This document shows positions 8,481 to 17,292 of a stretch of DNA of 32,000 nucleotides, in pieces (the stretch's first letter is position 1; each line of letters opens with the position of its first letter). The notes beneath the pieces were generated by a model that was not told the DNA's origin, did not search any database, and was given only the letters and a program-made list of their open reading frames with translations. Source of the DNA: Nostoc punctiforme PCC 73102 (GTDB lineage: Bacteria; Cyanobacteriota; Cyanobacteriia; Cyanobacteriales; Nostocaceae); contig NC_010628.1 in assembly GCF_000020025.1 (NCBI RefSeq), positions 7,620,001-7,652,000 on the forward strand. The letters run 5' to 3'. The position numbers were made by a program, and so were the translations under genes.

Positions 8481-9653
8481 ATGGAATTAATCTCTAGAGA
8501 AGAAATAAAGACATTAATAGAACAGCCAAAAGGGAATTGTGTTTCAATTTATATGCCAACGCACCCAGCCGGGCCAGAAGTGCGACAAAACCCAATTCGG
8601 TTTAAAAATTTGGTCAAGGAAGCGGAGACTCGTTTAGTTGATGCGGGTTTGGAGGAGAAAGATGCGATCGCATTATTGGAAAAATCCCATGAAATTGATA
8701 CCCAAGAGTTTTGGGAGCAAATGGGAGAGCAAGGACTAGCGATTTTTATTTCTGAAAATATTTTTCGCTATTATCCTCTGCCAATTGATTTTCAAGAGTT
8801 GGTCGTGGTTACAGACCGATTTCACATTAAGCCACTGCTGCCAATTTTAAATGGCAATGGTCGCTTCTATATCCTGGCTTTGAGCCAACAAGATATCAGG
8901 TTCTGTGAAGGAACACGCTACAGCGTTAATGAGGTGGAAGTAGAAAATCTCCCTAAAAGTCTAGATGAAGCTCTGCAACAAGATGAGACTGCTAAAGAAG
9001 GCCAGTTTCGCATTGCAACACCAAAAGGGGGAACTTCCAATCCTTTTTCGCAACCAGGTACGTTTCACGGACAGGGAAGCCCTGACAGAGATAAACACCA
9101 AGAAGACATCCTACAATTCTTTCAAATTGTCGATCGCGCATTACACGAAAAACTGCGATCGCAAAAAGCGCCTTTGGTACTGTCTGGGGTCGAGTATCTC
9201 TTGCCTTTATATAGACAGGCGAATACTTACCAGCATTTGATGGATGAAGCCATCACTGGTAATCCAGAAATTCTCAGCGCCCAAGAGTTACATGACCAAG
9301 CTTGGCCGATTGTCGAGGCTAATTTCCAGAAGTCTCAAGAAGGGTTTTTGGAGCAATTTCACGAATTGTTTGGCGGTGATACTGGTAAGGCATCTAACAA
9401 CCTGAAAGAAATTGTCTCAGCAGCTTATTACCAACGAGTGGATTCATTATTAGTTGCAGTTGGTCAACAACAGTGGGGTTTATTCGATCCAACCTCAGAA
9501 ACGGTTTATTTGCACCCAGAAAAAGAAACTGGTGATGAAGATTTGTTGGATTTTGTCGCTGCTCATACTTTATTAAATGGTGGCACGGTTTACGCTGTCC
9601 CTCCCGAACAGGTTCCATATAGCACACCTGTTGTGGCAATTTACCGATACTGA
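8481..9653 (+). CDS. eRF1/Pelota-like protein (bacterial archaeo-eukaryotic release factor-like, baeRF-type)
   Basis: 390-aa soluble ORF. N-terminal ...CVSIYMPTHPAGPEVRQNPIRFKNL..., central loop FHGQGSPDRDK (nt 9063-9095) followed by a helix, and a C-terminal alpha/beta region. The CDS call is solid; the family call is from memory. Confidence 0.7.
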   Translation: MELISREEIKTLIEQPKGNCVSIYMPTHPAGPEVRQNPIRFKNLVKEAETRLVDAGLEEKDAIALLEKSHEIDTQEFWEQMGEQGLAIFISENIFRYYPLPIDFQELVVVTDRFHIKPLLPILNGNGRFYILALSQQDIRFCEGTRYSVNEVEVENLPKSLDEALQQDETAKEGQFRIATPKGGTSNPFSQPGTFHGQGSPDRDKHQEDILQFFQIVDRALHEKLRSQKAPLVLSGVEYLLPLYRQANTYQHLMDEAITGNPEILSAQELHDQAWPIVEANFQKSQEGFLEQFHELFGGDTGKASNNLKEIVSAAYYQRVDSLLVAVGQQQWGLFDPTSETVYLHPEKETGDEDLLDFVAAHTLLNGGTVYAVPPEQVPYSTPVVAIYRY

Positions 9654-9677
9654 ACATTTTGACGGTGTTGTATAAAG

Positions 9678-10523
9678 GTGAATGTGCTATGTACAACACC
9701 AACAATGATGACAATTCGCTCCTCGATCAGTCAATCTCTAATCGGTTTAGCTTTTTTCAGTACAACGGCTGTATTTACCCCGACTGCAACAGCAGAAACA
9801 ATAATTGGGCAATCGGGCAATGTGCGGGCAGAAATATCCTATGACAAACCAGAGGAATACCAGTATAAAAATGTGCGGCTGAAAATTATCCGAGCGGGTA
9901 AAACTATTTTGGATCAAAAGCTGCCACAAGAAAATGAATATGACAGACCTGTAGGAAATCTATCTGGACAAGAAAATAACTTACCAGTGCAAGACCTGGA
10001 TGGTAAAAAGGAGCCAGAAATAATTGCCGATTTCTTTACAGGTGGAGCGCACTGTTGTATTTATTCATTGATTTACCGCTACGATAATAAATCCCAAAAA
10101 TATATTAAGATTCGCCATGAATGGGGCAATGGTGGCTATCAACTCAAAGATTTAGACAAAGATGGACTGCCAGAGTTTGATAGCCGAGACGATCGCTTTG
10201 CCTATGCTTTTACGTCTTATGCTGCTTCTGGCTACCCCCTGCAAATTTGGCATTATCGCCAAGGTAAAATGATTGATGTCACCCGTCGCTATCCCAAATT
10301 AATTTCCAATCACGCCTCAGAGCTATGGCAAACTTATACTCAGATCGAGCAAGAAGGCGATGATGGCAAGGGCTTTTTAGCAGCATATTTAGCGGATAAA
10401 TATCTGCTAGGTCAAGGAGAAGACGGTTGGCAGCGTGTACAGCAAGCTTATAAAAAAAGCGACCGCACCAAATACTTCGCTGATTTACGTAAGTTTTTGC
10501 GCGAAACTGGTTATTTTAGATAA
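9678..10523 (+). CDS. secreted hypothetical protein with DLDG..PE (FG-GAP/VCBS-like) motifs
   Basis: 281-aa ORF. The likely true start is ATG 9705 (MMTIRSS...). Signal peptide ending ATA-ETI. Motifs DLDGKKEPEIIADFFTGGAHCC and LKDLDKDGLPEF. It starts 25-52 nt after the preceding gene. Confidence 0.65.
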   Translation: MNVLCTTPTMMTIRSSISQSLIGLAFFSTTAVFTPTATAETIIGQSGNVRAEISYDKPEEYQYKNVRLKIIRAGKTILDQKLPQENEYDRPVGNLSGQENNLPVQDLDGKKEPEIIADFFTGGAHCCIYSLIYRYDNKSQKYIKIRHEWGNGGYQLKDLDKDGLPEFDSRDDRFAYAFTSYAASGYPLQIWHYRQGKMIDVTRRYPKLISNHASELWQTYTQIEQEGDDGKGFLAAYLADKYLLGQGEDGWQRVQQAYKKSDRTKYFADLRKFLRETGYFR

Positions 10524-10525
10524 AA

Positions 10526-12886
10526 TTATTTTCCTTGTTTTAATTCACGTCGTGCTGCTGCTAAAATTATTCGTTGTTCAGCACGAGCGATCGCCTGATA
10601 TGTTCGCTCAACTGCTTCCGGTTCAACGGAAATGGAAGTTATGCCCCATTCTACTAATTTATCGATGATTTCTGGATAGAGGGCTGGTGCTTGACCGCAG
10701 ATTGAACAAGGTATACCCGCACTTTTAGCCATTTGGATCAGTTGAGCGATCGCACCCATAACTGCGGGATGACGTTCATTAAATACTTTTGCTAGCTGTC
10801 CTTGTTCTCGATCCACTCCGAGTAATAATTGGGTTAGGTCGTTTGTACCAATGGAAATTCCGGCTGTGCCTGCTTTCACATATTCCGGCAGCAAAAATAG
10901 TACGCTTGGCACTTCCGCCATCATCCACAATTGAAACTGCGACACCTCGGTTAAATGAGCTTGCTCAACTTTGCGACGGCAAAAGACAAATTCTTCTACA
11001 GTCCGCACAAAGGGTAATAGTAGGTTGACATTGGTGTAACCAGCTTGCTGTACCCTCGCTAAAGCTTGCAGTTCTAACTCAAACACTGCGGGATTTCGTA
11101 AATAGCTGAAAGTGCCGCGTTCACCCAACATCGACTGGGGCGAAGATTCTAAACTATCGCTTAATGATGGTAAATCCTGCGATCGCCAATCTAAGGAACG
11201 ATAAAAAACTGGTCTTGGTGCAAAAGCACGAGCAAATTGCATAATCTGCTCAGACCATAACTCTAATAATTCTGCCTGACGACCGCCTAAAATCCAACTA
11301 TTGGGATGTTGTCCGTCCAATATATTTAATACCATCAATTCTGAGCGCAATAATCCCACGCCATCCACAGGGAAGCTTTGCACTTGTTCTATTAAACTGG
11401 ACTGACTCAAGTTAACCAGTAGTTGGGTAGCAATCATGGGTAGATGAGAAGTGAAAGTAGGATAGGGCGCTTTTGGTTTGGGGTGATGTGTGGAAAGAAG
11501 TTTTTCTTCTCTCTCTTTCTCCATCTCCTCCTTTGAGTCTCCTTTGATGCGATAAACTTCTCCTCTGTCGCCATCAAGCAGTAGTCGTTCGCCCGTTTGG
11601 ATTAAGGTTGTGGCAGATGTTGCGTTTACTACTGCTGCGATCCTTAATTCTCTAGCAAGAATTGCGGCATGGCTGGTTAATCCACCTTGTTCTGTGATAA
11701 TACCAGTAACTTGGTGTAGTAATGGTAGCCAATCAGGAGTAATTGTTGGTACTACTAAAATCACACCCTTGGGTAGGTGTTCGGGTTTTTGTTGCGAATT
11801 ATTAATTACTAAGGCAGTGGCCACAACACGACCCCCTGCTGCTCCTAGTCCCCTAATGAATTGTCCGTGGGGAATTACAGATTGGGGAGAACTAACTTGT
11901 GTGATGTAGAGCTTGCTAGATGTGGTTTGTTGAGCAATAGTCCATTTAATGGTAAAAGTTTTACCTAGTTCACTTACTAGTTGAGTTCCCAGAGCAATTA
12001 TTTGTTGTAAATATTCTTCTTGTAAAGCGTACTGTTTTTGTTGGGCTTCTGGAAGTACGTAGGTACTCAAAGAAGTATGATCTGGTGTTAGCACTGAGTT
12101 AGGTGTGGGTTGCGAAAAAGCTTCAGGCGCTGCATCATTCACACCATAAGCCAGTATTTTATTGCCCAACTGTTGCTCAAGCACAACTCCAGTTGCCTGT
12201 TGAATGTAGTAGATATCTGGCTGGACTTCACCTTGAGCTATCGCAACTCCTAATCCCCAAGTAGCCTCAATTTCCCAGCCAGAGGAGTTGGCTTTGAGCA
12301 AACCACTGGCGATCGCATTCTCAACAGGTTGCACCAAAACTCCTAGATTTATTTGTTGGAGATTAATTCCTCCTGCTCGTTGCCAATATAGAAGACTCCT
12401 GGCACGAAATATCTGGCTCCAAGTGCGCTTTAATGCCCAAGCGATCGCTTCAGGTTCGCACTGGCAAAACACCGACTCCAGCAAACCAGATATATTCTTC
12501 ATACTTGGGGTAGCAGTTGATACTGCCAAGGTAGGTCGGAGAATCAAACAGCTAGTTTGCCATTCCCTAGCTGCTTGGAAAATTGTACTCACCCACTGCT
12601 GTGGCACAGTCGCAGTGAGAATTTCTTGGCGCAAGCGACCAGCTACCTGCTGAAGTTGCCGCCAATTAGCAACATCTAGATGTAACGAAGAATGGGGTAA
12701 GTCAGCCACTAATGACTCTGAACTATTGAGATTTTCAAGAAATTGCCGCAAAATTTCTGCCGAAACGACAAAACCAGGCACCACCGGATAGCCACGCTGC
12801 ATGATTCTGCTCAAGTAAAACGCTTTGTCACCTACTTTGGCGCGGTCTTGTAATTTAATTTGGTCTAGCCAGTAGAGTTTGTCCAC
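10526..12886 (-). CDS. PEP-utilising enzyme, phosphoenolpyruvate synthase (PpsA)-like three-domain protein
   Basis: 786-aa ORF. Swivelling His domain GGLTSHAAILARELRIAAV. C-terminal PEP/pyruvate TIM-barrel motifs GVGLLRSELM, ISIGTNDLTQLLLGVDR and CSICGQAP. The N-terminal ATP-grasp-like region is divergent (VGDKAFYL where canonical enzymes have a Gly-rich GGK motif). Confidence 0.85.
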   Translation of the reverse strand: MDKLYWLDQIKLQDRAKVGDKAFYLSRIMQRGYPVVPGFVVSAEILRQFLENLNSSESLVADLPHSSLHLDVANWRQLQQVAGRLRQEILTATVPQQWVSTIFQAAREWQTSCLILRPTLAVSTATPSMKNISGLLESVFCQCEPEAIAWALKRTWSQIFRARSLLYWQRAGGINLQQINLGVLVQPVENAIASGLLKANSSGWEIEATWGLGVAIAQGEVQPDIYYIQQATGVVLEQQLGNKILAYGVNDAAPEAFSQPTPNSVLTPDHTSLSTYVLPEAQQKQYALQEEYLQQIIALGTQLVSELGKTFTIKWTIAQQTTSSKLYITQVSSPQSVIPHGQFIRGLGAAGGRVVATALVINNSQQKPEHLPKGVILVVPTITPDWLPLLHQVTGIITEQGGLTSHAAILARELRIAAVVNATSATTLIQTGERLLLDGDRGEVYRIKGDSKEEMEKEREEKLLSTHHPKPKAPYPTFTSHLPMIATQLLVNLSQSSLIEQVQSFPVDGVGLLRSELMVLNILDGQHPNSWILGGRQAELLELWSEQIMQFARAFAPRPVFYRSLDWRSQDLPSLSDSLESSPQSMLGERGTFSYLRNPAVFELELQALARVQQAGYTNVNLLLPFVRTVEEFVFCRRKVEQAHLTEVSQFQLWMMAEVPSVLFLLPEYVKAGTAGISIGTNDLTQLLLGVDREQGQLAKVFNERHPAVMGAIAQLIQMAKSAGIPCSICGQAPALYPEIIDKLVEWGITSISVEPEAVERTYQAIARAEQRIILAAARRELKQGK

Positions 12887-13047
12887 TCAATTTGTTAGTT
12901 GTCTATTTGTAGCCACAGGCATTTCCTTCTGGTACGTTATCAGCTGTAAATCCACTGGCTCTCTATCTACTAGGAGGAGTTTCCAGCATTTACATTTAAT
13001 TTGCTGACCTTATTAGTGGTTAATTGCTAGTCACACGATGTATTGCT

Positions 13048-13180
13048 GTAAGTTAGGTCGGCGCAATTAAAGCTACTTCGCTTAGGCTGTCATTGGTCAT
13101 TGGTCATTGTTCATTAGTAAGAGCTTTAAGCCTATTTATGTTTCGTAACATACTTGAGTTTTTTCGCGCCAACTTACTTA
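13048..13180. repeat. stem-loop element with STRR-type heptamer repeats at its apex
   Basis: Imperfect inverted arms TAAGTTAGGTCGGCGC (13049-13064) and GCGCCAACTTACTTA (13166-13180). Inner complementarity CTTAGGCT / AAGCCTA. Apex GTCATTG x3 plus a degenerate unit (13089-13116). Confidence 0.65.
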
Positions 13181-13667
13181 AATTCAACTCTTTGTAAATC
13201 AAATATTGTCCTTCATTTAGCCTCTCTTCCCTGAAACCGGGGATTTAGTTGTTTGATCGAGTTGTAGATGTCGGTATCACATTTAATTATTTAGTGTATG
13301 GGTTAAATCTAGCAATTTGAGGTAGAATTAAAGTTTTATAGTTCATTAATTTAAAATAGTTGAGATAACTATTTAATCAGGCTAAAATTCATGTCGTCTA
13401 CCCCGATTGCGATCGCTGTCATGATTTAATAACGTAAACTTTATTTAATTTTGCTAACAAAACATCTTATTGGAAAATAATTCTAACAATGGAAGATGTT
13501 AATTTACATCTAAAAAAGTATCCCAGAATTGAAATAATCTAAACATAGTACTTGTATTTGATTTTTTTACAAAACCCAGCAAAATCCAAAAAGCCTTATT
13601 GCCTATTAAGCCAAGATTAAGTTCAAAAAACAAAGCAGTTGAAGAAGAATACAGAATTCAGCAATCT

Positions 13668-13836
13668 TGACGCGACGCTCGTTCCTCTCTACGAGACGCT
13701 ACGCTATTGCGGACTCGCTTGCCGCCGGCGCTATCCGCCAGCGATGCACTGAGTTTCGGCTACGCTCAACTACCGTCGGTCGTTCTGTCGTACAGAATAC
13801 CCAACTGAATTCTGACTCCTGACTCCTAAATTCTGT
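13668..13836. repeat. GC-rich dispersed repeat block plus CTGACTC heptamers
   Basis: GACGCTCGTTCCTCTCTACGAGACGCTACGC resembles GACGCTCCTTCTCTGCAAGACGCTGCGC at about 31514. CTGACTC x2 at 13812-13825. Flanking inverted repeat ACAGAAT / ATTCTGT. The block is an island of high GC inside an AT-rich spacer. Confidence 0.6.
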
Positions 13837-14075
13837 TTTGATAACCAAATAATATAAACTTTCGATTACACCCGTTGGATTAAACTCCACCAATATAAAG
13901 AGTAAAATATTTTTGCACTATTTTGTAAAAAATTAATAATTAACCTAGTACACTCTGGCGAAAATTTGCCAACCTTTAACAAAGGTATTTTTTCCCAAGT
14001 CTTCTTAATTGAGATGATAACTGGATCTACCCGTGCTGTACTATGTATATAAAATTATTTACACCGGACTAAACA

Positions 14076-14534
14076 TTGCCAAACACTTACTACCTTGCAA
14101 CTAATGATTGGTTAAATATCAGCTTCAGATTATGCTTTGCGTTATTTATAGGAGTGATTATCGGCTTAGAACGCCAAATTAGTCGCAAACCAGCCGGTTT
14201 AAGAACTCATACGCTGGTGAGTTTAGGTTCAGCTGTGTTTACCTTGATAATTATGCAAACAGGAGGATTGCAAAATAGTCCTGATGCACTTAGCCGCATC
14301 ATTCAAGGAATTGCAGCTGGTGTAGGATTTCTCGGTGCTGGAGAAATTGTGCGCCAATCTTCTCAAGAATCACAGCGACTTGAAATCCACGGACTCACAT
14401 CAGCAGCAGCTATTTGGGTTTCGGCTGCATTGGGAATTGCTGCCGGTTGTGGTTTGTGGCAGTTAGGATTGATTGGTACTCTGCTGACTTTTCTGATTCT
14501 CAACGTTTTTAAAAGGTTAGAAAAACATCAATAA
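14076..14534 (+). CDS. mgtC: MgtC/SapB family membrane protein
   Basis: 152-aa ORF with TTG start. IGLERQISRKPAGLRTHTLVSLGSA matches the MgtC-family N-terminal signature. 4-5 hydrophobic helices. Confidence 0.8.
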   Translation: MPNTYYLATNDWLNISFRLCFALFIGVIIGLERQISRKPAGLRTHTLVSLGSAVFTLIIMQTGGLQNSPDALSRIIQGIAAGVGFLGAGEIVRQSSQESQRLEIHGLTSAAAIWVSAALGIAAGCGLWQLGLIGTLLTFLILNVFKRLEKHQ

Positions 14535-14645
14535 TTAATAGTAAAAATTAGGAATTAATACATAAATACTAAATATTATCAAGCAGTCCATTTCTGAGTA
14601 ATTAAACAGCTATGCTCTCAGCAAAGGCTGTATTTATATGTCTTG

Positions 14646-15761
14646 TTATGTCCGTGAAAACTTTTTGCGTAGCTGTCCCACTGGTAACTCTATAAGCTGG
14701 TAAATCGTATATGCTAATCCAACAGAAATTAATAGAGAAATTCCTGCTTGCATAAATTTATGCAATTGGGGTAAATACATATTAACAGCGAAAATCACCG
14801 TATAATGTACAAGGTACAAAGAGTAAGATAGTACACCCAAAAAACGCATCCATTTTAAATTTAGTAAGGGGAATAATCCCCAACTGGGAAAGCGAATAGC
14901 GGTAATAAAGATTGGATATAAAGCAATTCCCTGTATAGTATAACGAAACGTTTGTTGAAACTCAGGTGAACGATAAAAAAATGAAAAAATAATCAACATT
15001 ATTCCTATAGGCAGCAAGAAATAGTTCCACATTTTGTTAGAATAATACTGCTTATCCAGCATGGGATTATTATTAACTCCCAATGCACAACCGAATAGAA
15101 TACTATCTAACCGAGTATCTGTTGCATAAAATATGCGTTCTGAAGATGCTCCAAAACCATAAACCTGAAGACACCGCCAGAGTAAGGCCACTAAACATAA
15201 TCCCCAAAAAATTAGCATTTGTCTGCGTGGGGTTATACGCATTTTGCGTAGAGTTAGATAAAGCAGGGGGAAAAGTAAGTAAAAGTGTTCTTCGACGGCG
15301 AGAGACCAATATACTCCACTACCGGGAGTAGTTCCATTAGCAGAAAAAATTGTATAGTAGTTGTTATAGTGTAAACACTGAGACAAAAACGCTGATAAAT
15401 TAATTTCTCCCTGAATAAATCCTAAGATAGTTAAAGCAGCTCCTAAGCACAAGACTAGGTAAAATGAAGGCCAAATACGCAATATTCGTCTTGTATAAAA
15501 TAATTTAAAGTCAATAGTTTGATAGCTATCGTACTCTCGCCTAAGAATAGTTGTTATTAAGTAGCCACTAAGAAAGAAAAATACTGTTACGCCAAAGCCT
15601 CCGGGTAAAAGCTCGCTAACTCTTGCATGGGATAAAAAGACAATTAGGAAAGCAACAGTTCTCATCCCATCTAGAGATGGTATGTAGAATTTTGAGTTTA
15701 CATTTGCACCAGCCGAGGTCTCTGGATTACTTTCAGCGGGGGATGTTAACGGTTCTTTCAA
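14646..15761 (-). CDS. acyltransferase family 3 (OafA/YrhL-like) membrane protein
   Basis: 371-aa polytopic ORF with TTG start. LDGMRTVAFLIVFLSH and WSLAVEEHFYLLFP motifs are typical of acyltransferase_3. Confidence 0.85.
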   Translation of the reverse strand: MKEPLTSPAESNPETSAGANVNSKFYIPSLDGMRTVAFLIVFLSHARVSELLPGGFGVTVFFFLSGYLITTILRREYDSYQTIDFKLFYTRRILRIWPSFYLVLCLGAALTILGFIQGEINLSAFLSQCLHYNNYYTIFSANGTTPGSGVYWSLAVEEHFYLLFPLLYLTLRKMRITPRRQMLIFWGLCLVALLWRCLQVYGFGASSERIFYATDTRLDSILFGCALGVNNNPMLDKQYYSNKMWNYFLLPIGIMLIIFSFFYRSPEFQQTFRYTIQGIALYPIFITAIRFPSWGLFPLLNLKWMRFLGVLSYSLYLVHYTVIFAVNMYLPQLHKFMQAGISLLISVGLAYTIYQLIELPVGQLRKKFSRT

Positions 15762-16027
15762 GAATCTTTACTCCTTGATTGTGCGGCAAAATAAGCTGAG
15801 TAGTTTGTGAGATAAATACTTTAGTAAGCTATCTGACATACTGTACTTACTTGTTTATATGGATACATTCGTTTTTGGTCGTTTTTATTATACGATACCC
15901 AAGACAAAATTTTAATATGACATCAACTCAAATCAAGTAAAAATACTTACAATGATATTAAATATAAGTTTTTTTGTCAAAATCTGAATTTTGATCGAAC
16001 CGTAACAACTCATTAAGTGCTAAATCA

Positions 16028-17152
16028 TTATAAATTTGGGATTATTTCTCCTGCTTTCACAAACAGAATTTGGGAGGACTTTAACCACTGGGAATCAAAA
16101 GAACCCAAGTGAGTGGTGGTAATTAGGGTTTGAAAGCGGTCTTGAATAGCATCAAGCAATTGATTTTGGCGGGATAAATCTAGTTCGGCAAGAACATCAT
16201 CAAGTAATAGCAATGGTGGCTCTTTAACGACTTCTTCAATTAATTGTAATTCTGCTAACTTTAAGGCTAGAACTAGGGTTCGTTGTTGACCTTGAGAACC
16301 GTATTGACGAGCGGGTGTCTGGTTAATAGTTAATTCTATTTCGTCTCGATGAGGACCAACAAGGGTAGTGCCTTGGTGCAGTTCGGCGATCGCTCGCTGC
16401 TGAATTTTTACTAAAAAAGCTTGCTGCACTTCTTCTGGATGGTTATCTTCTGAAGGAATATTAGGCAGGTACTTGATTTGTAGAGCTTCTGTACTGCCAC
16501 TAATACTGGCGTGCCAAGCACTAGCAATAGGAGCTAATCTTTGGATGGCGCGATCGCGTCTTCTAATTACCCTGGTTCCTGTGGTAGCTAACTGTGCATC
16601 CCACACTGCTAGTTCTGAGTGTAAAGATGTTGCATCTAACGTCTCTACATGGCGTTTTAAAAAGGCATTGCGCTGGCGTAATACATGATTATACTGCTGC
16701 AAAATGTGAGCATAAACTGGTTCAAGTTGAATTAGGAGTGTATCCAACCAGTTGCGGCGACCTTCCGGGCCGCCGCGTACTAGGTCTAAATCCAGGCTGG
16801 AAAACTGCACTGCGTTGAGAACGCCAAGAAAATCCATTTGACGGCGGATAGACTCACCGTTGAGAGCAACGCTCCGGCGACCATTGCGCCGGAGCGTTAA
16901 GGTCAGGTCACTAACGCCTGTTTGTCGCTCAAGGGTGGCATTAATTTGGGCTATAGCTTCCCCTTCCTGAACCAAATCGCGATCGCGGGTCATGCGGTGC
17001 GATCGCAATGTCGCCAGCAACTCCACGGCCTCCAATAAATTCGATTTTCCCTGAGCGTTATTACCTACCAAAATTGTTTTGGCAGCAGTAAATTCAACCT
17101 TTTGGTCTTGATAATTGCGAAATTGTCGGAGGTTTAGAGTTTTCAGGTACAT
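16028..17152 (-). CDS. recF: DNA replication and repair protein RecF
   Basis: The start is placed at ATG 17152 ([14 protein letters not shown]...), the canonical RecF N-terminus. Walker [14 protein letters not shown], signature GSQGQQRT, Walker [13 protein letters not shown]. The 44 upstream codons in the ORF track translate a G/C-rich repeat. Confidence 0.9.
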   Translation of the reverse strand: MYLKTLNLRQFRNYQDQKVEFTAAKTILVGNNAQGKSNLLEAVELLATLRSHRMTRDRDLVQEGEAIAQINATLERQTGVSDLTLTLRRNGRRSVALNGESIRRQMDFLGVLNAVQFSSLDLDLVRGGPEGRRNWLDTLLIQLEPVYAHILQQYNHVLRQRNAFLKRHVETLDATSLHSELAVWDAQLATTGTRVIRRRDRAIQRLAPIASAWHASISGSTEALQIKYLPNIPSEDNHPEEVQQAFLVKIQQRAIAELHQGTTLVGPHRDEIELTINQTPARQYGSQGQQRTLVLALKLAELQLIEEVVKEPPLLLLDDVLAELDLSRQNQLLDAIQDRFQTLITTTHLGSFDSQWLKSSQILFVKAGEIIPNL

Positions 17153-17161
17153 GGTAGAAAG

Positions 17162-17276
17162 TGGGGGGCAGGGGAGCAGGGGGGCAGGGGGCAGGGGAGC
17201 AGGGGACAAGGGGGAATTATTGAACAAGTCTCTCCCTTGTCTCCCCCATCTTCCTTGTCTACCTTGTCTCTTCTCT
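17162..17276. repeat. G-rich heptamer (STRR-like) block plus bulged hairpin and CTTGTCT repeats filling the ATPase-recF spacer
   Basis: 17163-17214 contains seven G-runs of 4 or more G (GGGGGGCAGGGGAGCAGGGGGGCAGGGGGCAGGGGAGCAGGGGACAAGGGGG). GGGGACAAGGGGGA (17202-17215) pairs with TCTCCCTTGTCTCCCC (17231-17246), leaving a 2-nt bulge. CTTGTCT recurs up to 17270. Confidence 0.8.
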
Positions 17277-17292
17277 ATGCTCAATGCCCAAT

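Noticed and set aside
13699-13893. 64-aa minus-strand ORF in the long spacer
   Set aside because: It is produced by the GC-rich dispersed repeat block, and the same repeat type elsewhere also yields ORFs.
17153-17284. N-terminal 44 codons of the 418-aa recF ORF in the track ([18 protein letters not shown]...[17 protein letters not shown])
   Set aside because: This is the translation of the G/C-rich heptamer repeat. The canonical RecF N-terminus ([14 protein letters not shown]) begins at ATG 17152.
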